Below are positions 46,478 to 55,922 of a stretch of DNA of 64,000 nt, piece after piece. Within the stretch, counting starts at the first letter, position 1. The number at the start of each line of letters is the position of its first letter. Below the pieces are notes generated by a model. It saw only the letters and a program-made list of their open reading frames with translations, was not told where the DNA came from and ran no database searches. Location: positions 520-64,519 of IMG/VR virus record IMGVR_UViG_3300021431_000126; one strand, 5' to 3'. The translations under genes were made by a program, and so were the position numbers. The stretch comes from a virus (lineage: Duplodnaviria > Caudoviricetes).

Positions 46478-48022
46478 ATGGAACAAGAGAAAAACATCAA
46501 TACAATTTTTGGTGCAAATTTAGCACCTGCTTTAATTACTCAAATAATTGTTAGCAAAAATAAAAACTCACCTGCAATTATGGATATGATTTCAGCTGAT
46601 AAATATTTTGATGGACACAACGAAAAGATTGACGCTAAAACACGTGTGTATTTTGATAAGGATAGACAACCAATTGAGAATCCAAATGCAAATAATGCTA
46701 AAGTGAAAAGCAACTTCTTGAGAATGTTAGTTCAGCAAAAACAAGATTATGGATTTGCTAAAACTTTCATTCTTAAATTGTCTACTGATGAACAAGAGGA
46801 AATAGACATCACTGAAAATGAATATGGTAAAACTTGGAAAAAGTTTTTGGATGATACCCTTTTCAAATTGTCCTATATCATTGCAGGGCAGGCAGTAAAT
46901 CATGGGATTGCTTGGAATTATATTTGGATAGATGAAAATGGTGAATTACAAATCAAAGATGTCCCATCCAATCTCATTTATCCTGTTTGGCAAGATAGAC
47001 AGCACACAAAATTGGATAAACTTGTTTACAATTACATGGTTGAAAAATACAAGGATTCAATCAACCCAACAAATGAGGAATATGCTGAATATTGGAGCGA
47101 TGATGAAAGGATTCTTTTTGATGTAACTAATGGATATACTGAAGTGCCAATTATAACAGATGAGGGTGGAATTCCAATTCATTCTCACATGGTTGCTAAA
47201 AATGAGGAAAATGTTGAGGGTGTTAGTTGGGGCAAGATTCCTTTTATTTGTTTTAAGGCGACAGACGATGAAAAAACACTTCTGTCTTTCATAAAAGAGC
47301 AGATTGATTCATATGATGTTCTTTCAAGTAAATCAATTGATGGGCTTGTAGATGACCTTGACCCAATATTAGTCCTTAAAGGAATTTCACCTGATGTTCG
47401 AGATTTACTTGAAGCAAGAGAACTAGCGAAAATGACCCGCACTGTGTCTTTAGATTCTGACGGTGATGCAAATTATATTCAAGCACAGACCGCAATTGAT
47501 GCTCACTTAAAAGAACTGGAGGCACTGCGACACGACATTATCAAGTTTGGTTATGGAGTTGATTATGAAGACGCAAGATTTGGTGGCAATCCAAATCAAC
47601 TTGTAATTAAATCACTTTATCAGAACTTGGATACATATACAGATGGACTTGAAAGACATTTCCAAGATTTTGTAAATGATTTGAAATACTTCTTTGATAA
47701 GTGGTATGAACTCACAGGCAAGGGAAGTTTTGAGGAATGCGACAAATACAAGATCCTGATCAAACTTGACCGCAGTATGATGATTAATCAGTCTGCCCTT
47801 ATTGATGATACAGTCAAACTTGCAGGCACTGGAGTGTCAAAGAAAACTCAACTTGAATTCAACCCAGTTGTTCAAGATGTTGATTTGGAACTTGAAAGGA
47901 TTAAAGAGGAACAAAAAGAAAATCAAGACAATGACCTTTTTAATTTTGCTCAGAGAACAAATATTGAAAATGGTGGTGAATATCAGCCTGAAGAAAATAA
48001 AACAGAAGAGGGTGAAGAATGA
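46478..48022 (+). CDS. SPP1 gp6-like portal protein
   Basis: NFLRMLVQQK..Y, WGKIPFI.F, IDSYD; follows TerL. Confidence 0.9.
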   Translation: MEQEKNINTIFGANLAPALITQIIVSKNKNSPAIMDMISADKYFDGHNEKIDAKTRVYFDKDRQPIENPNANNAKVKSNFLRMLVQQKQDYGFAKTFILKLSTDEQEEIDITENEYGKTWKKFLDDTLFKLSYIIAGQAVNHGIAWNYIWIDENGELQIKDVPSNLIYPVWQDRQHTKLDKLVYNYMVEKYKDSINPTNEEYAEYWSDDERILFDVTNGYTEVPIITDEGGIPIHSHMVAKNEENVEGVSWGKIPFICFKATDDEKTLLSFIKEQIDSYDVLSSKSIDGLVDDLDPILVLKGISPDVRDLLEARELAKMTRTVSLDSDGDANYIQAQTAIDAHLKELEALRHDIIKFGYGVDYEDARFGGNPNQLVIKSLYQNLDTYTDGLERHFQDFVNDLKYFFDKWYELTGKGSFEECDKYKILIKLDRSMMINQSALIDDTVKLAGTGVSKKTQLEFNPVVQDVDLELERIKEEQKENQDNDLFNFAQRTNIENGGEYQPEENKTEEGEE

Positions 48023-48636
48023 TGAAACCTTGGGAATTGTTTGACCTCATTTGGAAAATTGATTACAATGAATCAGGATTTGATATTGATTGGCGTGTAA
48101 TGGTATTTGAAGATGAAAAGAAAATCCGACTATTTTTTCAGCCATCATCTTCAATAAAAGATTGGATTGTGAATATTGCAGGATTCTTGCCAATATTTAA
48201 ATTCCCATTATTTTATACAATGGGTTGGAAGTTGGCATTTAATTCTGTAAAGTCTTTGATTCTTGAAGAACTTATCAGAACAATTAATATGAATAAGGGT
48301 TTTACAGTTGAGATTTGCGGGCATTCATATGGTGGAGCAATGAGTATTGATGCAGGAATTGAATTGTATAAAAAGACCAGAATCAAGGCGGATATAATTA
48401 CATTTGGAGCACCAAAACCATTATTTTTATTTTATAGTAAATTGTTGGCAAAACTATTCTTGGGAAAAGTTACTCAATATGCACATTGGTCAGATTGTGT
48501 AACCTATTGTCCACCATTAATTGGCTATCATAATGTGAAAGTAAAAAGGTTGGGAAAGTTTAAAATCAAAGACTTATTTCACCCTGAAATTTATCACACA
48601 ATATATGATGAAGAATCTTTATATTTGGAGGAATAA
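48019..48636 (+). CDS. Class 3 lipase-like alpha/beta hydrolase
   Basis: DW.VN, GHSYGG nucleophile elbow, ITFGAPK, DCV..CPP. Confidence 0.85.
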   Translation: MMKPWELFDLIWKIDYNESGFDIDWRVMVFEDEKKIRLFFQPSSSIKDWIVNIAGFLPIFKFPLFYTMGWKLAFNSVKSLILEELIRTINMNKGFTVEICGHSYGGAMSIDAGIELYKKTRIKADIITFGAPKPLFLFYSKLLAKLFLGKVTQYAHWSDCVTYCPPLIGYHNVKVKRLGKFKIKDLFHPEIYHTIYDEESLYLEE

Positions 48637-48639
48637 AAG

Positions 48640-48945
48640 ATGGATTTTGGAATGGCTATTATTGCCCTCAAAAGAGGTGAATGTGTAGCACGAAAAGGTT
48701 GGAACGGCAAAGGAATGTTTTTGACTTTGCAGGCAGGTTCAGAAGTTGCAGGAACAAACATGAGAAATGAGCCTGCAAAAAATTATTATGGTGACAGTAA
48801 AGTTAAAATCTGTCCTCATATTGATATGAAGTCTGCTGATGGTTCGTATGTAGTTGGTTGGCTTGCAAGTCAGACTGATATGCTTGCTGAGGATTGGGAA
48901 ATTGTAAAACCAATTCCATTCAAAGATGAAGTACATACAAGATAA
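48640..48945 (+). CDS. tad2: DUF2829 / Tad2-like anti-Thoeris sponge protein
   Basis: MDFGMAI.ALK.G..VARKGWNGKGMFL...WLASQTDMLAEDW. Confidence 0.82.
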   Translation: MDFGMAIIALKRGECVARKGWNGKGMFLTLQAGSEVAGTNMRNEPAKNYYGDSKVKICPHIDMKSADGSYVVGWLASQTDMLAEDWEIVKPIPFKDEVHTR

Positions 48946-48964
48946 ATAATTTTGGAGGTGTGAT

Positions 48965-49306
48965 ATGAAAAAGAATTGGTTGACAATTATTGGAATTCTT
49001 TTCATCGTGGTTGGCACTGTTATTTCTTACTTTGCCAAATGGGAACTTGCAGATGTTTCAGGATTTGCCATTACAATGTTTGGTGCAGGATTTGCCACCG
49101 CAAACCTTTGGAACAAGCGTGATAAGACTGCAAAAACATGGCTGTCTGTTTTATCACTTGTACTTGTTGGATTGGGAGCATTTGTTGTAGGATTTGGCGG
49201 AGTCATTGCTGAATCCTTGGTTACAACAATTATCTCAAGCGTGTTCGGATTAGTTGCAATAATTGCAGGTTTGATTGTATCTGCGGTGGCAAATAAATCC
49301 AAATAA
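48965..49306 (+). CDS. Four-TM membrane protein (holin or superinfection-exclusion candidate)
   Basis: Four hydrophobic helices, own terminator at about 49351-49390. Confidence 0.55.
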   Translation: MKKNWLTIIGILFIVVGTVISYFAKWELADVSGFAITMFGAGFATANLWNKRDKTAKTWLSVLSLVLVGLGAFVVGFGGVIAESLVTTIISSVFGLVAIIAGLIVSAVANKSK

Positions 49307-49419
49307 AAGTTGGTGCTAATGTCGTGGATTTACACGACAAGGAATTTCGTGGGTCAGTTGGATTGGAGCAGGTTCAACTGACCCTTTTTATTTTTACAAT
49401 CTAGGTATAAAATAAAATT

Positions 49420-51138
49420 ATGGATGATAAAGAATATTGGGAAACTAGAGCACGACAAAGGGAACTCATGGGTGAAAAATCGGCTGATGAATTACTTCAG
49501 ACGATGAAACCTGTTTATAGAAATTCTCTTGCTGAAATAAACAAAGAGATTGAAGCATTTTATGGTAGATACGCTGAGAACAATAATCTCACTTTGGCTG
49601 AGGTTCATAAAAGACTGAATCCAAAAGAATTGAGATCAGCCAAAGAGGAAATAAAAAAATATTATGACGCTGTGGACAAATTGGCTAGGGATAAAGATGG
49701 CCATGTTGATGTCACTTTGCTTCAGAAATACAAAGATGAATTAAGGCTATTATCTGCAAGGGCATATATGAGCCGATTAGATGAATTGAAAACTGGCTTG
49801 CGGAATATTACTGTCAATTTAGGCATAAAAGAATCTGAGGCATATTATCAAACCTTGTCCAAACTTTATTCTGATAATTATAAAAAGACCAATTTTGACA
49901 TTGACAAGTTTTTAGGATTCTCAACTGGGTTTGAAGGCTTGAACTATAAGCAATTAAATTCCGCTATTCATCAGCGTTGGCTTGGTATGAACTTTTCAGA
50001 TCGTATTTGGAATAATAAAGGGAAGTTGCTTGACCAAATAAATACAACCTTTTTGCAGGGAGTTGCTCAAGGTCATAACCCTAGAAAAATAGCAGAATCT
50101 ATGGCCAAAAATATGGGTACATCTTATTACAATTGTGAAAGGTTAGCAAGGACAGAATGTGCTCATATTGCAGGTGAAGCAACTTTGCAGGGATACAAGG
50201 ACAGAGGCACTGAAAAATATAAATATGATGCAACACTTGACGATAGAACAAGTGACATTTGTCAATCCTTAGATGGTGAAGTGTTCGATGTAAAAGAGGC
50301 GCAAGCAGGTGTAAATTATCCGCCAATGCATCCAAATTGCCGTTCAACAACCATTCCTTATTTTGAACCTGACGACATAGACAAAATGTTTGATGAGGCT
50401 CAGAGGGTTGCCCGCAATGATGACGGTGAATTGTATTATGTTCCTGCAAGTATGGACTATAAACAATGGCAAGAAATGACTAGTCATAAACCAACATATG
50501 ATCCTGATGATATTCCAGATGGATTCGTGGTTGGGGTAGATGTTCACAACAAATTAAATGATTTGGATTCTAATACCAAAGTTGATAAACTTTATGATAA
50601 TTATTCAAAATATAAAAAGGATGAACTTGAAGCAATAGATGAATATGTCAGAAAATTAGATGGCGTTGATATGAATAAAAAATTGAATAATAATCAATTG
50701 AATGATTTGTCTCAAGGTCAAATTGATGACATTATGATGAAACTTGATAAAGCATTATTGCGGAATAGAACAAGTCATGATATGGTTGTCATAAGAGCCT
50801 TAAAAGATTATAATTTGGAATGGATGTTCAATTCCGCACAAATTGAACAACTTAAAAATTATAACTTAGATTCTTTGGGTTATGGCAGGAAATGGAAACA
50901 AAACGGATTCATGTCAACTTCTTGGAGTCAAAACAACTCTGTAAAACAATGCGATTTGTATTTGTTAATAAATATTCCAAAGGGCACACCTGTTATTCCT
51001 ATGAATTCAAAGGTGAATAAAATGGGAATGAAGAGTGAAAAGGAATTGCTATTTGGAAGAGGTTACACAATTGTTAGCACTGGAAAAGCAAGGACAATCG
51101 ATGGAAAAAATTATTTGATTGTCAATTTGAAAAAATAA
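49420..51138 (+). CDS. MuF/SPP1 gp7 minor head protein with C-terminal ADP-ribosyltransferase domain
   Basis: RLARTE, ATLDDRTSDIC, PPMHPNCRS; then VVIRAL, GFMSTS, SEKELLFGRG (R-STS-ExE). Confidence 0.88.
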   Translation: MDDKEYWETRARQRELMGEKSADELLQTMKPVYRNSLAEINKEIEAFYGRYAENNNLTLAEVHKRLNPKELRSAKEEIKKYYDAVDKLARDKDGHVDVTLLQKYKDELRLLSARAYMSRLDELKTGLRNITVNLGIKESEAYYQTLSKLYSDNYKKTNFDIDKFLGFSTGFEGLNYKQLNSAIHQRWLGMNFSDRIWNNKGKLLDQINTTFLQGVAQGHNPRKIAESMAKNMGTSYYNCERLARTECAHIAGEATLQGYKDRGTEKYKYDATLDDRTSDICQSLDGEVFDVKEAQAGVNYPPMHPNCRSTTIPYFEPDDIDKMFDEAQRVARNDDGELYYVPASMDYKQWQEMTSHKPTYDPDDIPDGFVVGVDVHNKLNDLDSNTKVDKLYDNYSKYKKDELEAIDEYVRKLDGVDMNKKLNNNQLNDLSQGQIDDIMMKLDKALLRNRTSHDMVVIRALKDYNLEWMFNSAQIEQLKNYNLDSLGYGRKWKQNGFMSTSWSQNNSVKQCDLYLLINIPKGTPVIPMNSKVNKMGMKSEKELLFGRGYTIVSTGKARTIDGKNYLIVNLKK

Positions 51139-51433
51139 ACTCTTTACTTTTTACTAATTTGTAAATATAATCTAAATCATGAATGGAGATTTTAATTGGT
51201 TCAGGTGCAAAAAGTGCAACAAACCATTATTGAAAATTACAGAGCAATCTGTAGTGATAAATGAAATATTTTGCAGGTGTTGCAAAACGTCTTTTCAAGT
51301 TGAGATTGAACACGGTAAAATATTAAAAAATGAAGAGATAAAACAAATAAAATAAACTTGGAATCTAAAAGGTCAGTTGGTTTATTCCTGCTGACCTTTT
51401 TTATTTATATTTTAATCCTACAAGGAGTGAACT

Positions 51434-52138
51434 ATGGGAGTACAGACAAACCCACAGGCAGTTGAAACACCTACAACTGAAAAGATGGTGGAAACAAAAG
51501 TTGAAACACCTACAACTGAAACACAGGTGGAAACAAAGAATGAGCCAGAACAGAAACCTGCTAAGCCATTCAAGGTATTTGCTTCACAAGAAGAATTTGA
51601 CAGACACAGTGCTGGTATTCTTAATTCTGCAAAGAATAAAGCAGAAAAAGAATTGCTTGCTATGCTTGGTTTGAAACCTGATGAAAAGGACAAGTTGGCA
51701 AAGTTTAAAGAGGCATATGACAATACCCTTTCAGAATCGGAAAAACAAGCACAAACTCTTGAGAATCTTACAAATGAGGTAAATTCTCTCAAAGGTCAGA
51801 TTGCTGAAAAAGATGCAATTATTGTTGCACTCAGTAAATTGACTGGCAAGACTTCTGCTGATGTTAACAAATATGTTAAAATGGCTAAAGGACTTGTTGA
51901 TGAAAATACAACTATTGACCAAGCACTTGAACAGGTGCTTAGTTTTATGAAAGTTGAAGAGCCAAAAACTAATCCTGTTCCTGCGGGAAAACCTTTGGAG
52001 AATCCTGCACCAACATTACCTGATGAGAATCCATTCAAAACAGGTAATTTGACAAAACAGGGTGAATTGATAAAAACAGACCGTGAAAAAGCACGAGCAA
52101 TGTATATGGCAGTTCATGGCGTTGGCCCTTCATGGTAA
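51434..52138 (+). CDS. Capsid scaffold protein
   Basis: F.SQEEFDR, coiled coil, NPFKTGNLTKQ; precedes the MCP. Confidence 0.8.
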   Translation: MGVQTNPQAVETPTTEKMVETKVETPTTETQVETKNEPEQKPAKPFKVFASQEEFDRHSAGILNSAKNKAEKELLAMLGLKPDEKDKLAKFKEAYDNTLSESEKQAQTLENLTNEVNSLKGQIAEKDAIIVALSKLTGKTSADVNKYVKMAKGLVDENTTIDQALEQVLSFMKVEEPKTNPVPAGKPLENPAPTLPDENPFKTGNLTKQGELIKTDREKARAMYMAVHGVGPSW

Positions 52139-52165
52139 ATTGCATTTTATTAAAAGGAGTATAAA

Positions 52166-53194
52166 ATGGCAGTAAATCAGACTAAACTTGCTGATGTAAT
52201 TCAGCCTGAACTTTTTGCTCAGTATGTTATTGATAAAACAACTGAGAAAAGCGAAATTATGTATGCTGGTGCAGTTGAGAACAATCCTGAACTCAACAGA
52301 CTTATTACTGGTGGTGGAACAGTTCTCACTATGCCAAAGTGGAATGACCTCACTGGAAAATCTCAGGTGCTTTCAGACCAGAGAGCAATTGATGTAAATA
52401 AGATTACATCAAAGGCAGAATTGGCAACATTGCTTATTCGTACAAATGCTTGGGGTGCTCATGAACTTGCAGGTGCTCTTGCAGGCGATGACCCAATGAA
52501 AGCAATTGCAAGTCGTGTTGCTGATTGGTGGGTACGTGATGAAAAGTCAAACATCATGGCAATTCTTAATGGTATTTTCAACATTACAGCTGATGCAAGT
52601 CATAATGACCTTTCAGACCTTGTTGAAGATATTACAAGCGCAGCAGACACAAAAATTTCTGCAAATGCTGTTCTTAATGCAAAACAGCGTCTTGGTGATG
52701 CAAGTGATTTGCTTAGCATGATTTATATGCATTCAGCAACATTCACTGAACTTCAGAAACAGAATGTTATTCAGTTCATTCCTGTGGCTGAAAGCAAAAT
52801 CACAATTCCAACATATCTTGGTTACAGAGTTATTTGTGATGATTCTGCCCCAGTTGAGACAGTTACATCAGGCGGTTCAAGTGTTAAAAAATACACCACA
52901 TACCTGCTTTCACGTGGTTGTATTCAGCGTGGTCAGGGAACACCTGTTGACCTCACATCTGTTGAAACAGACCGAGATTCACTTGGCTCAACTGATATTC
53001 TTATCAACCGTCAGGCAAAAGTTCTTCATCCAAAGGGAATTTCTTGGGTTGGTGCAGGACAGATTGCTGATGCTACTCCAAGCGATGATGAATTAGCAAA
53101 TAATTCTCAGGTTGAAGGTGCAACAAACAACAACTGGTCACGTGTTGCTGATATTAAGAAAATCGGTATTGTAAAACTTGTACATACACTGTAA
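52166..53194 (+). CDS. Major capsid protein
   Basis: TKLADVIQPELF, MP.WNDL.G, MHSATF..LQKQ, LHPKGISW. Confidence 0.88.
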   Translation: MAVNQTKLADVIQPELFAQYVIDKTTEKSEIMYAGAVENNPELNRLITGGGTVLTMPKWNDLTGKSQVLSDQRAIDVNKITSKAELATLLIRTNAWGAHELAGALAGDDPMKAIASRVADWWVRDEKSNIMAILNGIFNITADASHNDLSDLVEDITSAADTKISANAVLNAKQRLGDASDLLSMIYMHSATFTELQKQNVIQFIPVAESKITIPTYLGYRVICDDSAPVETVTSGGSSVKKYTTYLLSRGCIQRGQGTPVDLTSVETDRDSLGSTDILINRQAKVLHPKGISWVGAGQIADATPSDDELANNSQVEGATNNNWSRVADIKKIGIVKLVHTL

Positions 53195-53205
53195 GGTGGT
53201 GCAAT

Positions 53206-53445
53206 ATGGGTTTAAGTTCTTTCAACGCAATGCGGGCAAGAGAAAAAGAAAAGGCTGAGGCTAATTCTAAAAAATCTACACCCGCAATTGAAATTCGTGA
53301 AGTTGAAGCACCTGTTGAAACTTCAGAAGTAAAAACTGAGGAAACATCTGAAGCAAAGGTTGAAGAGCCTGCAAAAGATGAAAAACCAGTCTACAACTTT
53401 CAGAAGAAAAAGACAGATGCTGAAAAACTGAAGAAAAAGGAATAG
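53206..53445 (+). CDS. Small charged head-associated protein
   Basis: MGLSSFNAMR; follows the MCP. Confidence 0.55.
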   Translation: MGLSSFNAMRAREKEKAEANSKKSTPAIEIREVEAPVETSEVKTEETSEAKVEEPAKDEKPVYNFQKKKTDAEKLKKKE

Positions 53446-53451
53446 TGGAAA

Positions 53452-53823
53452 ATGGCAGATGACAACGCAACTGTATTTGATTATTTAGGTACAGTGAAAA
53501 TATTGTTAGGAATCTCAGATGGAACATTGGACAATGTCCTCCAAGTCTACTTGTCTATGACAGAAAGTTCAATTTTGAATTACTGCAATATTAAAGAGTT
53601 GCCATCTGCTTTGAATTATACTTTGTGTGAAATGACTGCTGATGTTTATCGAGAAAATGTCAACAAGAACAAAGTTGGTTCGGTGGTTGGAAATGTGTCT
53701 AGTGTTTCTGAAGACGGCAGGACAGTGTCATTTTCAAATGGTTCTGAAATAAAGGCTTCAATTGAGGACAGAATCACTAGAACAAATGAGTTGAATCGTT
53801 ATAGGAAATTATACAGAGTATGA
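53452..53823 (+). CDS. Head-tail connector (gp15/YqbG-like)
   Basis: ILNYCNI.ELP.AL, VSSVSEDG.TVSF, LNRYRKL. Confidence 0.8.
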   Translation: MADDNATVFDYLGTVKILLGISDGTLDNVLQVYLSMTESSILNYCNIKELPSALNYTLCEMTADVYRENVNKNKVGSVVGNVSSVSEDGRTVSFSNGSEIKASIEDRITRTNELNRYRKLYRV

Positions 53824-54782
53824 GTGGATTCAATTTTGGGCAAATTGGAAATATAATGTCTGAGTTATTTGATTCAGATTACATAGACATTAAAAGAGAT
53901 ATTGGTGGCAATTTGCAGGAATTATATTCAAATGTACTTTGTCATATTGCCTTTGCATCAACAGACAATCCTGACCCAACCACTGTTGATACCAAACCAA
54001 TAATTCAAAGCATAAATATCCATATGCCATTATGGGTAGACATTCAAAACAATGATTTCATTGTTGCAAAAAGAATGGACAGTGATGGTAACTTGCTTAA
54101 AACTTATAGTGGCAGGTGTGGAAATCCGATTGTTTCAGAGGGTAGAAAAAAAGTTTTAATGACTATGTCTGCAACTGAATCTGAAGAGCCAACACCTGTT
54201 CCACCAAAGAATCCTGCAATTATCAAAATTAATTATCTTTCAAATGGAATTCCAATTCAAGATTCTATCGAGAAAACAGTTGAAGTTGGAAGTGTATTCA
54301 GCATGACTGCTCCAGTGATTGAGGGTTATTCTGCTGAATATTGCGTTATTGATGGAATAAGGCAAGAATCTGCAACAGTTTATATTGCAGATGTAAAAGA
54401 TGTTGGCAACACTATAAATTTTGTCTATACGGTGTCAGAAACACCAAATATGATGAGATTTTTAGTCAACGGATTATATACAAAAGATGATGGTAGTTTA
54501 GCAAATGGCTGGCATCAGTATAAAAAAATTGATATTGATTCTATTTCAGAATCTGAAAGAACATTTACAATCACTTGCGATGATGTAAAATGGACTCATG
54601 AAGACAATGGAAAATCTTTATCAATTAAGGTTGGAACAAAATTAGTTCTGATTCCTAGAAACATTTTTGTTCAAGTGGTTGAAATTATTGGTGTGGAAAA
54701 TAACAAGGTTACATTTACAGCAACTGAGTTTACACCAACTGAGGCTGAAGAAAATTCTTATGTTACAGGATGGTATGATTAA
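53820..54782 (+). CDS. Head-closure protein with C-terminal extension (MucBP-like plus extra domain)
   Basis: About 120-aa adaptor domain, PTPVPPKNP linker, INYL...APVIEGY...INFVY. Confidence 0.6.
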   Translation: MSGFNFGQIGNIMSELFDSDYIDIKRDIGGNLQELYSNVLCHIAFASTDNPDPTTVDTKPIIQSINIHMPLWVDIQNNDFIVAKRMDSDGNLLKTYSGRCGNPIVSEGRKKVLMTMSATESEEPTPVPPKNPAIIKINYLSNGIPIQDSIEKTVEVGSVFSMTAPVIEGYSAEYCVIDGIRQESATVYIADVKDVGNTINFVYTVSETPNMMRFLVNGLYTKDDGSLANGWHQYKKIDIDSISESERTFTITCDDVKWTHEDNGKSLSIKVGTKLVLIPRNIFVQVVEIIGVENNKVTFTATEFTPTEAEENSYVTGWYD

Positions 54783-55193
54783 ATGGGAATCAACATTGAT
54801 TATAAAGAGTTGAGTGCCTATGCTTCATCTATCACTGTAATGAAAAAAGATTTTAATAAATTCCTGCGGAAATTCCTTTTGGAAATGGCTGAGAGGATTC
54901 TTGCGAGAGTAAAACCTAGAACACCAGTTGACACAGGTGAATTAAAGCGTAGTTGGGAACTAGGTGAAGTGCAGGGTATGGGGAAAAATATTTCAGTAGA
55001 AATTCTAAATGGAATGGAGTATGCTACTGATATTGAATATGGGCACAGAATCGTTGTAGATGGTTCTGAAGTTGGTTGGTATGAGGGTAGGTTTATGTTG
55101 AAGATTTCAATTGATGAAATCCGCAAGCAAATGCCTGCAAGATACCAAGTGGAATTTAAAAAGTTCTGCAAAGAACATGGGCTGAAAATATGA
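54783..55193 (+). CDS. HK97 gp10-like tail completion protein
   Basis: TPVDTGELKRSW, EYA..IEYGH, GRFML. Confidence 0.88.
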   Translation: MGINIDYKELSAYASSITVMKKDFNKFLRKFLLEMAERILARVKPRTPVDTGELKRSWELGEVQGMGKNISVEILNGMEYATDIEYGHRIVVDGSEVGWYEGRFMLKISIDEIRKQMPARYQVEFKKFCKEHGLKI

Positions 55194-55648
55194 CAGAACT
55201 AAAAAGTGAAGATGTTAAGCAGGCGATTGTTCAACAACTTCTTAAAATAGCACCAGATGTGGCTGTCTATAAAGAGGCAAAAACATCACCTGAATATCCT
55301 CATTTTTTTGTATATCAAATTAATCTGACTGACGTTGAAGAGAGGAAAAAATATCACATCTTATCTTATTCAATGACAATCAGATATAGGGTTGCTTCAG
55401 ACCCAAGCACTGACTTAAAGTTGGAGCAGGATTTGGACAGCATGAGTCTTAAACTCATGAAAGGTTTTAATGTAATTAATTTTGGTGATAGTAAAATAAG
55501 ATGTACAGAAAAAAGCGCAGAAAAGGTTGAGGGTGTACTTCACTTTTTTTGTAATCTTGATGTATTTGTTATTGACTCACCGTTTGAAAAATTTATTAAA
55601 CAAAACAAACTTAATATTGAGGTGAATGTAAATGGCAACAAAGTATAA
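55190..55648 (+). CDS. Tail terminator
   Basis: YPHFFV, VEGVLHFF; upstream of the sheath. Confidence 0.7.
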   Translation: MTELKSEDVKQAIVQQLLKIAPDVAVYKEAKTSPEYPHFFVYQINLTDVEERKKYHILSYSMTIRYRVASDPSTDLKLEQDLDSMSLKLMKGFNVINFGDSKIRCTEKSAEKVEGVLHFFCNLDVFVIDSPFEKFIKQNKLNIEVNVNGNKV

Positions 55649-55904
55649 CACAATTACAGAAACTGTAACAGCAATTCAATTCCTTTTTGACAATGCCAAA
55701 GAAATTTATATATTTCTTGGAATGAAAGATTTTTCAATGTATGTTAAAAACAGAATTTTGAGTGGAACAATTACAGGCTCAAATGAAGAAAAATTACAGG
55801 TTCAAAAAAATGACTATGTTGTAAAAGATTCCAACGGTAATATTTCTGTTTGGACTGAAACTGAATTCAAAAAGCATTTTACTGAAGTGCAAACTTCAGC
55901 ATAA
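55632..55904 (+). CDS. Hypothetical protein
   Basis: AIQF...NDYVVKD..G...F.KHF. Confidence 0.55.
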   Translation: MATKYNTITETVTAIQFLFDNAKEIYIFLGMKDFSMYVKNRILSGTITGSNEEKLQVQKNDYVVKDSNGNISVWTETEFKKHFTEVQTSA

Positions 55905-55922
55905 AATAAAGCGAGGTGAAAT

